A DNA stretch of 56,922 nt, filler included, from Sphacelaria rigidula (taxonomy: Eukaryota): NCBI GenBank assembly GCA_964200075.2. It is 5 parts of 5 records of this genome, joined end to end, with 100 filler letters (N's around TTAATTAATTAA, not from the genome) between each part and the next. Parts side by side here need not be neighbours in the genome. Positions count along the whole stretch, not along the records: positions 11,407 to 22,711 come from CAXNAA020005091.1; positions 22,812 to 34,115 come from CAXNAA020005092.1; 3 more parts are not named here. One strand, given 5' to 3'. The position numbers and the translations under genes are program-made. The notes under the pieces are model-generated. The model did no database searches, had not been told where the DNA came from, and saw nothing but the letters and a program-made list of their open reading frames with translations. This document shows, in pieces, positions 12,171 to 24,832 of the stretch (position 1 is the stretch's first letter; each line of letters opens with the position of its first letter).

Positions 12171-12842
12171 ATAAGCGAAGGCAGCATGAGACCCCTTAAC
12201 CTGTAACTTTCATTCGCATAGGCGGTACTTAGAGTGTCCCACTGTACTCTTGCAGTAACTGTATGTAGGCACGGCTGTTCCGTAGCCACGCCGACGGGTC
12301 TGTCAAGTCGGAACACCCATTAGTACTGCTTATGACGGTATATAACACCCCTAGCCTACGCTATTTCAACCTCATTTCCTTCCACGAAGATGGCCCTAAG
12401 GTCCCAAGAAATACTCTTTATCATATATAATTGATGTTTTTCTTCAGAAAAACATAACTTATTTGCCGTTGCTGCTGAATATGAAGACGAAACCGGGGTT
12501 GCAGAACATATCCTCCCGGGGTGTTATGTCCCGTCATCTAAGGGAATGCCAATATCCTAAGTTGCCCCATTCACCATATGTGCTATTACACCTTAGAGAA
12601 GGTGACTGGTGCTTGCAGTGATCATCCCAGCGATTTCCGCTGAAGTATTGGCCGAGTTTTCTTCGGCTATGTGCTCGAGCTTATTGCCATGAATACTTCC
12701 TACCAAAAGATCGATGTATCCCTCATCTTGCACTCTCGGCATTCCGGCCACGGGTCTGGGTAGCCAATATAGAAATATAGGTAAATGTGATGAAACGTAC
12801 TGGGTGCGACAGCAGATGTGCGCAGTGCGTTTGCATGAGACT
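12171..12842. promoter_or_regulatory. Probable bidirectional promoter region between divergent start codons, containing a small TIR element (~12329-12541)
   Basis: ATGs at 12170 (-) and 12843 (+) are 672 bp apart. cttatgacggtatataacacccc and ggggtgttatgtcccgtcatctaag form an inverted pair. Confidence 0.5.
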
Positions 12843-15800
12843 ATGATGCACGCTGTGCTCGCTGCTGTTTTCTCATTCACCTCTTTTCTCTCAGCAGGAC
12901 TAATTGTACTAGCAACTCATGCAAATGCATTCGTGATACCAGTGACCAATTCACCAAATGCATGTTGCAGTGGTGACTCAATAGTCGGAACAGTTTTATC
13001 GTCGGCGATGTGCTCTGTTGGGAGCAGCTGTTACGACGTCAACAGTAGATCGAACTCCGCAAGTGCCTTAGTTGCACCGTCACCGGCATCACGGTACCAG
13101 CGACGAATGTTATTTTCTTACTTTGATAGTAGCTGCAGGCGATATACGGAACGGCCACGCGCGGAGACGGTTAGGTTGAAGTCAACGGCGGGTGACGGCA
13201 GCGTGCTGCCGGCGGACGACCGCGTAGACGGTGGCGGCGGTCGGAAAAGGGATGAGGAGGACGACATCGAGGGAGTAGTGTTTGGGGCTCAAGCTGTACA
13301 GGTCAAGATTTTTAATGCTCGTTAGTTACTCTATGATGGTATTATGTGACAGGTGGTGATTTGAACGCAAACAGGGGTATGTCCGTAGTATCCTGTGACA
13401 TCGTCGTTTCGTCAGTGCCTGCAGTGCCTGTACCGGCGGTCGGGGTGGAGAGCGCGCGTAATCGTGGATACAAAATGCGGTATCGAGAAAGCTACAGTGA
13501 AAATAAAGGAACGCTGTACTTATTTTGTTGTTTCTTAACGCTAGCCGATGAAGGGGGAGACAGAACAGGAGCCGCGGGGCGCAAATAACACATGGCTCGC
13601 GAACGTGTTCCAGTTCATGTGCTGCACAACCGGTGTGCAGCACATGAGAACTACCTTCATTCTCCTTCACCTTTTGTCCATGCCCGCAACACTGTGCTTG
13701 TTATCATATGACAGTTCACGCCTGCTCCCTCCCCCCCCCCTCTCTCTCTTTCTCGCACCTTTTATTGGTGGCCACAAAGCTCATGGTTATATGGCTGCGG
13801 GAGGGTGTGGCTTCCGGTCTGCGAGTGTCGCCAGCTTCGAATGCACCGCCTCCAACAATTGACATGATGCTTGCCTTGTTTCCGCCGATCAATTTCACTG
13901 GCAGGTATTAGCGTTTTGGAGGAATCGACAGCCGAGTGCTGACTTGCCGGTTAGCGAGGTGGTGGGCCTGCTCATGGCAGCGTTGCAGAAGAACAACGAT
14001 CCTCAAGCAAACGACGGGCTGCGGACGGTGAGTGATGCTAGATGTCGTTGAAGCGGCGTTTTACCTCAAAGGCGTGCAAAGGCATGCATGCATGAGCTGC
14101 GCCGTTCGTTGCGTGCGTGATGTCACTACTTTTCCCAAAGTTTTTCCCCTTGTCCCCGCCAACTCGAACGGCTACGCACGTTTCTCTTGGTATGTTTCTC
14201 TTGATCTGCTCCAATGTAGCTAAGAGCTTAGAAAAAGCGCTGGCTATAGGAAGCATCTACTGTACCAGCTCGTCCCTGTTCCCTGCATAGATCGTAGCGC
14301 TGATGCGGCGAGCCAAGCAACTAGATATCGTTCTCCATCAGCTTCCGCGGGATTGTCGTGCCGAGTGCACCGCCAATAAACGAACCCCAGGATGTCATGG
14401 CTGGAAGCACGGGTCAGAATCTTGTGGAGTGCCACCTCCATGAATTTTTTTTCTCATCCGTCACCCCACGATTTTGCTGCACCGAAGATCAACCGTGCCT
14501 AGTGGCAGACCGTTCACGTGGTGAAAGACGTGGAGGCTTGTTCCGCTGTAACCCGAACCGGCCGCATGCAAGAGCCCCTGCGTTACCGTGCCCAACTCAC
14601 GACCACTTGCTACTACTCTCCAATGCTCGATCGAATTTCCTTGGGCTTTCCTCTACAGGTGTTTAACTTCTCGTCGGCTATGTGTCGCAGGGCGGTCGGT
14701 AGCACGGTCGAGAGCTTCATATCTCAAGCGCGTGCCTCGGTGAGTAGTTATCTTGCCTGTGCGCAATTGCTTTGAATGTGACGCACAGGCCCCGTACCTC
14801 CGAAGTGCGCCCCCGGGTTCTCTCCCACGAGCTTGACGGGCATTTGTTCATGGCATTCATTTCGTATAACAACCTGTGTCGTGGGATTGCCTACGTAATC
14901 TCATGGTGGAAGAATGAATCATCACATACCACTTTGTGCTACATACATATATATACTTAAGTATAGTCTTTGCCCCGCACACATGCAACTAATTTTTGTT
15001 TTGTTTTTTCTCTGCTGTGACTGTCCTTCTCCTTTCATACCACCCCCCTCCCTCTCGACGTTTCCTAGTCATTATTTCCGTTTTACTTATCTTGGATATG
15101 TATGTCGTGTGACGAGACTATATTGGCATCGGATGATTCACTGTGCGACAAACAATCAACCAATTAACCAACACGACCCCTCTTCATATTTATTGGTATG
15201 TAGCAACCTCCAACGCGGGGTTCACATGTTAAAAACATCAAACTCGTCGAGGAAACATCGCCTCTAGAGTATTCTTTTCGCGCCCTCAGCTCTTGCTAGC
15301 GTGAGTTGGGTGCTGCTGCGTTACAGCTCGCGTCGCTGTGTTTGGTTGCCAGAGCTCGTAAGAATGAGAAAGGGTGACTACGGTATCGCACGTGACAGGG
15401 GAATTTTGAAGATAATCTCGGTGTATGTACTGAAACGCAACCTGAGGGACGTCTCATGCTTTGTTAAGCATGTGCACTGACTCTGTTTGCCGAGATAGGA
15501 GATGGGCGGATATGTCAAACACTTGGCCGACCTGAGGGTGAGGAAGGAACCACATCTGGTTGTTTCACAATTGATCGGAAGGTAAGCTGTGGACATTGAC
15601 TGTGTCGGCATGTTTTCCCCGTTCGATTCCGCAATGTCCCACTTTGTCTACCAGGTATTCGCAGCGACCCTCGACTGCACTTCTTTTTCACTAGATCCGC
15701 TTCAGACAGTGGGTGATCGCCTAGCGACTCAGGTATGCGCAGAATGCGGCTTGCGTATCCCGTTGTCGCCCTCCCCGCGGTATCATTCGCGTGCCGAAGT

Positions 15801-16541
15801 TGTTTTTCCGTGCAGCGAACTGTCGGATGTGCTATCGGAGTGCTCCGATAACACCTCCTTTCAACAGACGGCGTCAAAGTCTTCCAGCGCTGAATAAAAG
15901 CATACGGCTGTTCCTCTTGTTTTGTTTTCCTGCGACGTATGGTCGTCTCAAGAGGTCAACCAGAATATATCTTCGGGTTCCACGTGACACACGCAGAGAA
16001 TGCTTGTACTCGGGTATCTTATTCGCGCAATTCCTTCAAAAAGAAATACATGTACATGAACTCCGAATCGCCAGTTAACTCGGTGGTCTCTGGTCACGAT
16101 AGCAAAACCATCAATGTAACCTGCAAGTACTATCTTATGCCATGTGGATTTTCCACAGACGTGGCTCCTCTTTGTTTTTGCACCAACAGGTTGGGTAAAA
16201 GTCACGTAAAGGCGTCTGCCCCACGCCCCCATTTTGCGCGTTTACAGGAAAATACTAGGTGGACATTTCCGGAAGCGAATAAAACGATGAAGTTTACGAG
16301 CACCTCAACAACAGGCTGTACAAACGTTGAGCGACGTAACACCCGCACGTGTTTCTCCCCCTGCCCATTCTTTGTTGACTACGGGTCATCACAGGTTGTA
16401 AACGTAACTTCCTCGGATGGTCGCAAGCGGCGATTTTTGTGGACCCTCGAACGACAGCGACGCCCACCGGACACGGGGAAGTGGCTCATTTATGGGGTCG
16501 TCAGCTCCGACGTAGACGGCGCGCTAACAATGGAAGGGTGA
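12843..16541 (+). CDS. DUF4864-like protein (~295 aa) with predicted bipartite (signal peptide + transit peptide) plastid targeting; 5 exons
   Basis: Exons 12843-13301, 13905-14027, 14659-14739, 15655-15732, 16395-16541, all phase 0 and GT-AG. N-terminus is hydrophobic and ends HANA-FVIP. C-terminal domain PSADLPVSEVV..LMAALQKNNDP..NDGLRTVFNFSS...ATQVVNV...G..RRFLWTLERQ...GKWLIYGV. Confidence 0.85.
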
Positions 16542-17149
16542 TGAAATGAGGCGTTGTTCACCTATCAGGTGTTCGCCGTTGTGACACTTTTTTCCCCGTC
16601 GCCTTCGGGAACGAGGACTTGAGCGGAGTAAGTGGGGAGGACCTCCGTGGTGATCGCAAGATCATGGAGCGAACCGACGAATTGCTGGGTTGTCATCTGG
16701 AATAGTCCGTGGAAGATTCCTTGTGACGGATATTCAGATTGACGGATTTCATGCCAAACCTAGACCACGTTTTCCCTTACAATCTCCGGATTTTTCAGCT
16801 CATTTCGAAGACCATTATGTTTTCTTGTTTTTGTGCTCACGGTGCTTCTCAAGAACCCACTGTGCACGCCATGCAACAAGGCTAGGTATACCGTGACTGA
16901 AGCGGCTAGCACACTATACCGAGGACACGTGCGATCTTTTGCCCCGTCCCCATAAACCTCATGCTCCGTCGCATAATATCGACTGAACAATGAAGGGCGT
17001 CATCTTATTAAAACATCACTGATACCGACACCTGATTGGCGTTTGGTGCACGAGTGGCGACTCTGTTCATGAGGAGGTGAGTGGGTTCCCACCACAAGGC
17101 GGCAGGATGACAAGTCGAAATCACCCGCCTAGCTACTAAACAAGCCGCG

Positions 17150-17830
17150 TTGCGGGTATTGCTGCCAGTAGTGAAACTTTTCTAAACAAGAAGCACTCGT
17201 GACCTTCCGAAAACGAGCGCCTTGTCGCAGGTTCACGAATGCGCCGCGATACTGCAGGAAATACACGACACCGTCTTTTGACGATCGACTGATGCCGCGA
17301 TAGCCCCACTCCAGAAAAGTGGCTGAGGCGGTGTCTCAGCACATTAGTTATCGATCAAAATTGTGCGGTGGAAAACAAGAATTACGATATTATACAGGTA
17401 GGCGGTAATTTCAACTGTCGTCGAACATATTTTCGATTATAGAAATTACCGCCTATTAGATCGGGATTTTCGTCTTCCACCGCACAATTTTGATCGAAAA
17501 CTAATGTGCCAAGACGCCGCCGCCTGATTTGAGGAGGCGAAATCTGCATGTGAATCAAAATGACAGGAGCCGAGCACGCCGAGCAGCTAGGAACTACCAT
17601 GCTTGGGATCGTTTTCGCCGATGCTTCCGATATGAGGCGCTTCTTGCAGTCTGAAACCAGCTGCAATGCGCGATATTGACATCTTCTTGATGGCAGTTTT
17701 GCGGGTGGTTTTGGGGGGGCAGCTATCGCGCGGCATCACTTCTTAAAAAATACCCGCCTTGTCGCATGTCCACTAATGTGCCGCAACACTGCAGGAAGTA
17801 CGCAACGTCGGCTTTTTTACGATCGGCCTG
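17150..17830. repeat. Complex repeat with a ~195-bp foldback (arms 17327-17410 / 17443-17522) and internal direct repeats; related sequence at ~18735-18900
   Basis: gcacattagttatcgatcaaaattgtgcggtggaa... versus ...ttccaccgcacaattttgatcgaaaactaatgtgc. 17218-17287 resembles 17755-17825. Confidence 0.65.
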
Positions 17831-18312
17831 CGCAAGACCCCCGTTTCAGTGCATGATGTCGGCAAGGAACAGTGTTCTCGTGAGATTGTGAGTAGAGGAT
17901 ACGATCAAGAGTGAGAAGCAGTCAATGAATGAATGAAACGTTCCGTTCCGAAATACTCCTCCACGAGGCCCGATACGCTTTATGTTGTAGCTTGCCACAG
18001 AAGCCCTTGATATCCTTGAGTAGGATATGGACGTGTAGCCGTAAAGCAAACGCCAGTGTTACAACCAACGAAAAACACCCACATAATGAAAAACTGGTGA
18101 AGTTGAAGCGAATGATACAACACACTCTCAATCACCACTCTCCTCTCCATCTCACGGAAACGTCAAGGGTGGGTTCTTTCACCAGGTTAATCATTCGGGT
18201 ACCAAAACGTTTGGTCGGTGTGCGGAGATCGCGTTCTCACCGCTACTTCAAAATCGCAATGATTTCGAACAGAGGGCTTTCGTTCCTCAAAATGGATGCC
18301 AAGATCGCCGAC

Positions 18313-18510
18313 GTGTGTTGTGTGTTGTGTTGTCCCATTTATTCTGGGCGCCAGTCTACAGTACACCTTTCGGTATATGTGGGCGCATCAGCCGGGGTTA
18401 AACAGGAGCTTTTTCTTTTTTATTTGTTTTTAGTGCCCCACCTTCCTTCTGCGGTGCTTGCCTTTTTTTTTATCGCGAGAGGGGTTCAGCAATCTCTTCC
18501 ATCCACAGTC
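18313..18510 (-). repeat. 3' fragment of tRNA-derived SINE family 1
   Basis: Reverse complement of the family 3' end (gtgttgt...cccatttattctgggcgccagtctaca..cctttcggtatatgtgggcgcatcagccgggg). Confidence 0.75.
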
Positions 18511-19621
18511 AACCGCCTCATTTGTGTGTCAGATCCACAAAACAATCGCGGAAGATAAATAGAACGACTGATCACAGGGTACTTGTAAAAGCACAAATTT
18601 AACGATCATCCGCATATGCTAGGTAGATCGCGAATAATAGTCGACCCGGGCATCCAGCTGAAATGTTTCTGCATGTGTTCGTCCCCGTCAGCGTCAAATC
18701 TCAGGTGCAGCAATCGTCAGTTTTCGAGTGCTCACGAGTGACGCCGCGATAGCCCTTCCCCCAAAAGTGACTGGTTCGAGGGGGAAATCGACGAAATACC
18801 GAGCACATCGAGCAGCTGGGAACTCCTACGGTTGGGATAATCTGAGCTAAACGTCGCCCATATTAGGCGCTCAATACACTCTGAAACCATCATGCGATTT
18901 AAGGCCGTTTCCCTCGTGACACTTTTGGTGCTGGTTTAGGGGAGGCGGGGGGGTATTCTGGCACCACTATTATTACGTTCTCGCCACTGCCATCCTCCTT
19001 CGCACGGTTGGTCAGTTGACATGAGACGAAGAATCGAGGGGGAACACCCCATATTTCATGCACCGCGGTTAGCCGCGATGATTCCGCGACCTGGACTCTC
19101 AACGCACGAGAAACAGCAATAGATGCGCTGTTGTGCACGCCGTGGTCTCATGGAATATGTACGAGTGGTGCCACGGTAGGGGTGCACAACGACGTTCTGA
19201 GGCTCTTCACTCCAAGAGCCCCTCAGTGAGAAACATCTGGGCCCAAGTGTGCAACCTCAGATGCCTTTTGGCCTCCGAAGTGTCCCCCTACCGTGGCACC
19301 ACTCGTAGATGCCCGCTAAATCGTGTGTTTAGCAAGCAAGTATTGGTGAGTGCAACAGGGCTTCGTGGACAATCGTTAGTGTTTCGTCTTGACGGGTTTC
19401 ATCTATAAAATGATGCTACTCGTATATGAACGTGCGATTGCTCGCTCGCTCGTTGAAATTCGTCTGGTACTTGTTGACAACTGACTTCCTGGGCCAGACA
19501 TAGATCATTGTGAAAACGCACTCATGTTTTTTGGTGATACCATGATTGTTATGGCCTATTTCAGAGTTGTGCGGGGTTGCACATTTGAGCTCTGGTACTT
19601 CTTATTGAGGGGCTCTTGTTA

Positions 19622-19832
19622 TTGTTGTTTTTTGTCGCACTTTGAACCCCTCCCCTCCCTTGGGACGAGTCTGTGGTCTCAAGGGATCATCCCATCTCTC
19701 CCCCGGTACACGCCTTGCATTTTGATCTCGCAGATTGGGTTAGCACTCCAGCACCGCGTCAACTCACGTCAAACAAACTCAGTCGACTACATTGTTCACT
19801 CACGTTCTCACGCTTTCCTCGGTGGAAATCTG
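19622..19832 (-). repeat. 5'-truncated copy of tRNA-derived SINE family 2
   Basis: Reverse complement of 50010-50225. Confidence 0.8.
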
Positions 19833-20908
19833 ACACAAGTAGTGTACAGAAGAAGCGTTATGAGTGCCCAAATGTTGGAGGTGTCTCTGTTAGGAGTAGG
19901 ACCGGTGCTCCGTCTGGAACGCGATGCGTGGTCAATGGTTGAACGACTAAGGCAAGCAACAAATGAGTACGGCCCCCCCCTCCACCCTTCGTTCCACNNN
20001 NNNNNNNACGCTGTCCGCTGTTAAGTGTTTAACCACACAGCCCACCAACCAACTACTACCCCCCCCCCCCCCCCTTTTTCTCTCACGAAATTCGGCGTGC
20101 TCCGTCCCGGCTTTGAAGGGATGAGAAGACAATGGTTCTATGACTACGGCATGCAAGATTGTGAGTACACCGTCCCCTAAAAAACTTAACTTAACAACAG
20201 AAGAGGATGGAAAACGAGCAGAAATGGGAAAATGACGCTGATTTACACCGTTCAGAAGGAGCCCCAAGTGTGAATGCCGTTCGCAGCTATCCCGCGCGAG
20301 CGCAGATTTGAAAAACCATGCTTTTCGCGAAAAGTTTGCAGCAAAGAAAGTGCCATGTCAACCAAGCCTTCAGTACCACAAACCGTAGCTGAGGAAACGC
20401 ACCATTTCCACCACGTCCGTATAATATAATCGTTCCACACGCTGGGCGAATCACTGTGGGTTCAAATGACCAAATCCACCATTTTTGAGGCCCGATTTGC
20501 TTGGGAAAAAAAAAAAAAAACGGGTCAGAAAAGTCTCGAGGCAAAGTTTGCGCTCTTTCACGTGTCTGGTGGGGTGCGTGTACCTGGGCCACAAATCTAA
20601 AAACAAAGCTCAAGGATCGATTCGTACGGTACGGATCAATTGTTCTGATATCAAGGAATTTTCAGAAGAATCATTGTTCGTCAGACGTGTGGCTTGTAAT
20701 CACGTGTGCAACACGAATACTGGTCATTCTCAATCCTCGATAAATCTGTCTTTGCACTACATTACGGCAGCAGAGCGAGCACCCTCTGTATGGTCTCGTG
20801 TCGAAGAGTCCAGAATCAACCACACTCCAATCAATTATGATCCATGAGTGACACCTGACTACACCATGCGACGAGATTTACTTCGGCACACGTCAACTTC
20901 GATAGGAT

Positions 20909-20951
20909 GACACACACATACACACACATACACACACACACACACACACAC
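20909..20951. repeat. (CA)n microsatellite
   Basis: Direct inspection. Confidence 0.9.
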
Positions 20952-21833
20952 GGGTTCCAACATGTTATGCATTAACCTCAACGCACATATTTTCATCACG
21001 CATTACTGGTACTAACACGGCAATACTCCTTCAACTGGACGGCCGACTACACCGGCGATCCCCCCCCTCCCGCCACCGGGCACGCCTCCTGGTATATGCA
21101 TTGGCGACACACACAAACGCACAACAGTCCACGCATTGATATCCCTTTGATTCGATCCTCTCTAAAATATTCCTCACTACGGATGTGCGCCATACACGTC
21201 ACCACCCTCCCCCCTCCCCGGGCCGGCGAATACCTAGCGTGCTCTGTCCTGGCTCTGTAGGGATGCGAGGTCATGAGCCCCCCCTCTCAAACACAGAAAC
21301 ACCTCCCCCATACGGCATGCCGAAGGGTTCTAAATGGTCAATTTATGTTCGTCCAGGGGGCGTTTGCCTAGCTTTCGTTAACCGTACCGCAGGGGCTCAG
21401 CGAATGGCAGCGATATTTGGGTATCAGGCTGATTATCAAAGTCATCGTTGTTGTTGCTACTCCGTGCGCAAAGTATAAGGAAGGGAGAAGTTGAGCCGGC
21501 AACGACCGCATTTACCGATGACGTGTCACAGCCCTCCCCAGCTGCGGATTGTGTGCACGCCGGGAGTGAGCCTTCCAGAGTTTTCCGAGAAATGTTTCCA
21601 GGTTGAAAACATGAAGCACACGCGGCCGAAGACACTCCAATACAGCACCGAGAATACCAAACGAGCAGAACAAGCGGAGTCGAAAGCTCACAGTAGAAGC
21701 CAGTGTCAAAGCCGCTAGACTACAAACACTAACGCCAATTACAAAACAAAACCCAATGATCGTTGCCGATCCGGTTCCTGCTGTCCCCAGCACTAACACT
21801 CGAAGAACAAGCGTTGGGCAGTAACTCGACACA

Positions 21834-22052
21834 TCACACGAACGTTACGTCCTTTCCGGCAGACCCGAATCTCATACTGCTACTTGGCGGCGACGCTGAG
21901 GTTTGTAGGCGCGTGTGCGAGGGAGCATTGGAGGATGACATCGTGCTGTCATGCTGCTGCAGCACCGCGCCGTCTTCCGCTTCTTCTGCCCCTCCCTCGA
22001 GACGACGGCGCAAACTGGAGGATGACCGCAGCGGTTGCATCGGAAGAGATAC
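21834..22052 (-). CDS. Possible terminal exon of an unknown gene whose upstream exons are off-contig
   Basis: AG acceptor followed by VSLPMQPLRSSSSLRRRLEGGAEEAEDGAV...GKDVTFV*. GC-rich and coding-like, but no homology recognised. Confidence 0.3.
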   Translation of the reverse strand, partial: VSLPMQPLRSSSSLRRRLEGGAEEAEDGAVLQQHDSTMSSSNAPSHTRLQTSASPPSSSMRFGSAGKDVTFV

Positions 22053-22711
22053 CTTTCTGCTCGAGTTGCGATATTTGTTTTCCACCCCGAAAAGCATCCA
22101 CGGGAAGAAAACGCAGGGTAAATACCAGAACGGAAGGAGTCAGTTTGTCGGCATCACCAGGCTTAAGGTTCAAGTTGAGGCGTGCGGAGGGTGTATGTAC
22201 CATCGGACCGAAAAAAGTGTGTGGCTCAAAAAACACTTTCAAAAAGCAAAACGGGAGAGGTGAGATTTTGAAGGGGGACAGACTCAAAATTTCCTCATCA
22301 AGAAGAATAGTGGTCACTGGAGTTACGCCGTATTCAATCTCGACGGCTAAAAGCCACGCTGGCTACTACCGTTTACGCCGGTAGTCCTGGGAGACGGAAA
22401 GATGAGGCCGGAGGGGCGTACTCATTTGTTGCTTGCCTTAGTCGCTTGACCGTTGAGCACGCATTCCTTTCGAGACGGAGCACAGATGAGGCCGGGGTAG
22501 GGAATCCCTGCAGCGGTGTCGAAGACATTTCGCTCGGATACTACTCACATGTCCTCGGCACACTGGAAACACATCTTTTTGGCGACGTGTTCAGCCTTTC
22601 AAAGGTAGTAATTAGATGATTGTACAAGAAAAAAAAAAAAAAAACCGCGGCAACCTCGATAAAAAACTCGCCCACCCCCCCCCCTCGCTCTCCCCCCGGC
22701 CACTCCCCCCC

Positions 22712-22811
22712 NNNNNNNNNNNNNNNNNNNNNNNNNNNNNNNNNNNNNNNNNNNNTTAATTAATTAANNNNNNNNNNNNNNNNNNNNNNNNNNNNNNNNN
22801 NNNNNNNNNNN
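22712..22811. other. Artificial contig linker
   Basis: N44-TTAATTAATTAA-N44. Confidence 0.98.
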
Positions 22812-22869
22812 AAATTTGGACAATCTTTGAGAAACTAAGAAATTACGGATTCTGCATACTTCTGACGCT

Positions 22870-24393
22870 GACTACTGTATATTGGACGATCAATATGATG
22901 GCACGAGAGAGGGTCAATATATATATTGTGCCATCAATATGTCAAGGCTCGCGACGTGCAATATATATCGACCGAACAATATATCACGACACGCGCCACC
23001 TTAATATATGTTGGCTGAGTAATATGTTGTTGCGAGGAGGCACCAATATGTATACATATATATATATATGTCGAGTAATATATTGGCTGCCACACGAGGT
23101 CAATATATATTGATGATTCAATATACTCAACACCAGAAGCGCCAATATATATTGTCGCCCCAATATGTCGTGCGTCAATGCGTCCAATATATTATATTGG
23201 GCGGACAATAGACGAGAGAACCAACGGTCACAATACACATTGGTGTAGCGATATGTTTTGATTTTCAAGATGTAGATTGGAAAGTGTGTTGGAATTAGTA
23301 TAGTGGGCAACTCTATGTTCGCGGGCGCCATTGAAAGATGTATCACCACGTACGTGCCGAAAACGCTGAATATATTCCTCCGCAAGCGCGTTCAATATAT
23401 ATTGGCTGCACAAAAAACACGGGATCTTACAAATTGGGGATGAGAAACTCGGAGAAGTAAAATCTTCGTATCTGGACCAAATCTTCGGAATACGGTTTCA
23501 TTTCTTCACCTACTCATAGCTATTGACAACTGCTACACGCCATAGAAATTTGGATTTCGACCACCGAAATGTTGGGGTTCGTAGATGAAAAAAACAGTTT
23601 CGGAACCATTTTGGCGTCCGTTCGCACACCTGGAATTCCCCAAAACTAGTTTTTTACCTAGGACCCCAAGATTTCGGTGATCGAAATCCAAATTTCTATG
23701 GTGTGTAGCAATTGTCAATAGCTGTCAGTAAGTGAAGAAATAAAACCACATTTCGAAGATTTTAATTCTCCGGGTTCCTCATTCCCCTATTATGAAAGAT
23801 CCATCCCCAATTTGTGAGATCCCGTGTTAATAGCTATGCGATGAGCGTGTTCAATATACATAGGAAAAGCAATACTTTTGCATGGTTTGCGTTAAATATA
23901 TATGATGGTAACAATATGCTACGCGTCGCTTCGACTCAATATATTGACCCTTCAATACATACACGGTCGGCATGCACAATATATATTGAATGTTTTATTC
24001 CCGGAGCAAATGCATGTCCAATATATTTTGTCATACATTACTACATTACTTCATTATCATGACACGAGCAATATATGTCGTTGCTTTAATGTCTCCAAAG
24101 ACATCTCAACACAATATATATTGAAAGGATAATGTTTAAGCTGGCTCCAATACAAAATATTGATATAATACTGGAACATATTGTGTTGTCCAGGGTATAA
24201 GCAACACGGCCGCGGTGATCACAGGGGTACCATAATGCGCATATCGACCCGCGTTTTCTGTCATCGTGATGTTTAGCCAGGATATACTTATTACATGCTG
24301 GGAAGGGGATGGGCGGCCCCGCACCGGTGGCCAGATAGGTATCAGGAGGCATATATACCGGGTCGACTCTTCTGTCATCATATTTTCTGGACA

Positions 24394-24424
<31 letters not shown>

Positions 24425-24832
24425 AATGTCAAACGCATTCGACAACTCTCCGCAGTAATGCACGCGAACTTCTGCGGCTCCTAGTGAAGCTTTCCCAATC
24501 TGCACGGGCTCCGGCATCCATCGCGCCTGGATCTTTCTTAAAGCGTCTACTATACTTATATTATCCAATATATATATATATATTGACCGGTCAATATGTT
24601 CTCATCAATACGACCCTAATATATATTGGCCGTGCAATATGCTGTCGTCCACGCTGCCCCAATATATACTGATGGGACAATATGTATGCAGTCCCACGAC
24701 ATCAATATATATTGGGCGCGCAATACGTGTGCAGTCCAAGGGTACCAATATATATTACGCCGGCAATATATCGCAAAATTCCAATATGATCGACCAAAAT
24801 GTATTGGAAACATTTTGTATTGTCCAGGGTGT
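22870..24832. repeat. AT-rich repeat region built from many CAATAT(AT)nTG palindromic motifs, probably subterminal repeats of DNA transposon(s)
   Basis: Many caatatatattg-type motifs in 22870-23410, 23850-24200 and 24560-24830. Two similar ends, ttgtccagggta (~24197) and ttgtccagggtg (~24831). Confidence 0.65.
23416..23828. mobile_element. Foldback MITE (~413 bp, almost entirely self-complementary)
   Basis: aacacgggatcttacaaattggggatg...catccccaatttgtgagatcccgtgtt. The inner arms (atagctattgacaa..ccatagaaatttggatttcga..accgaaat) also pair. Confidence 0.85.
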
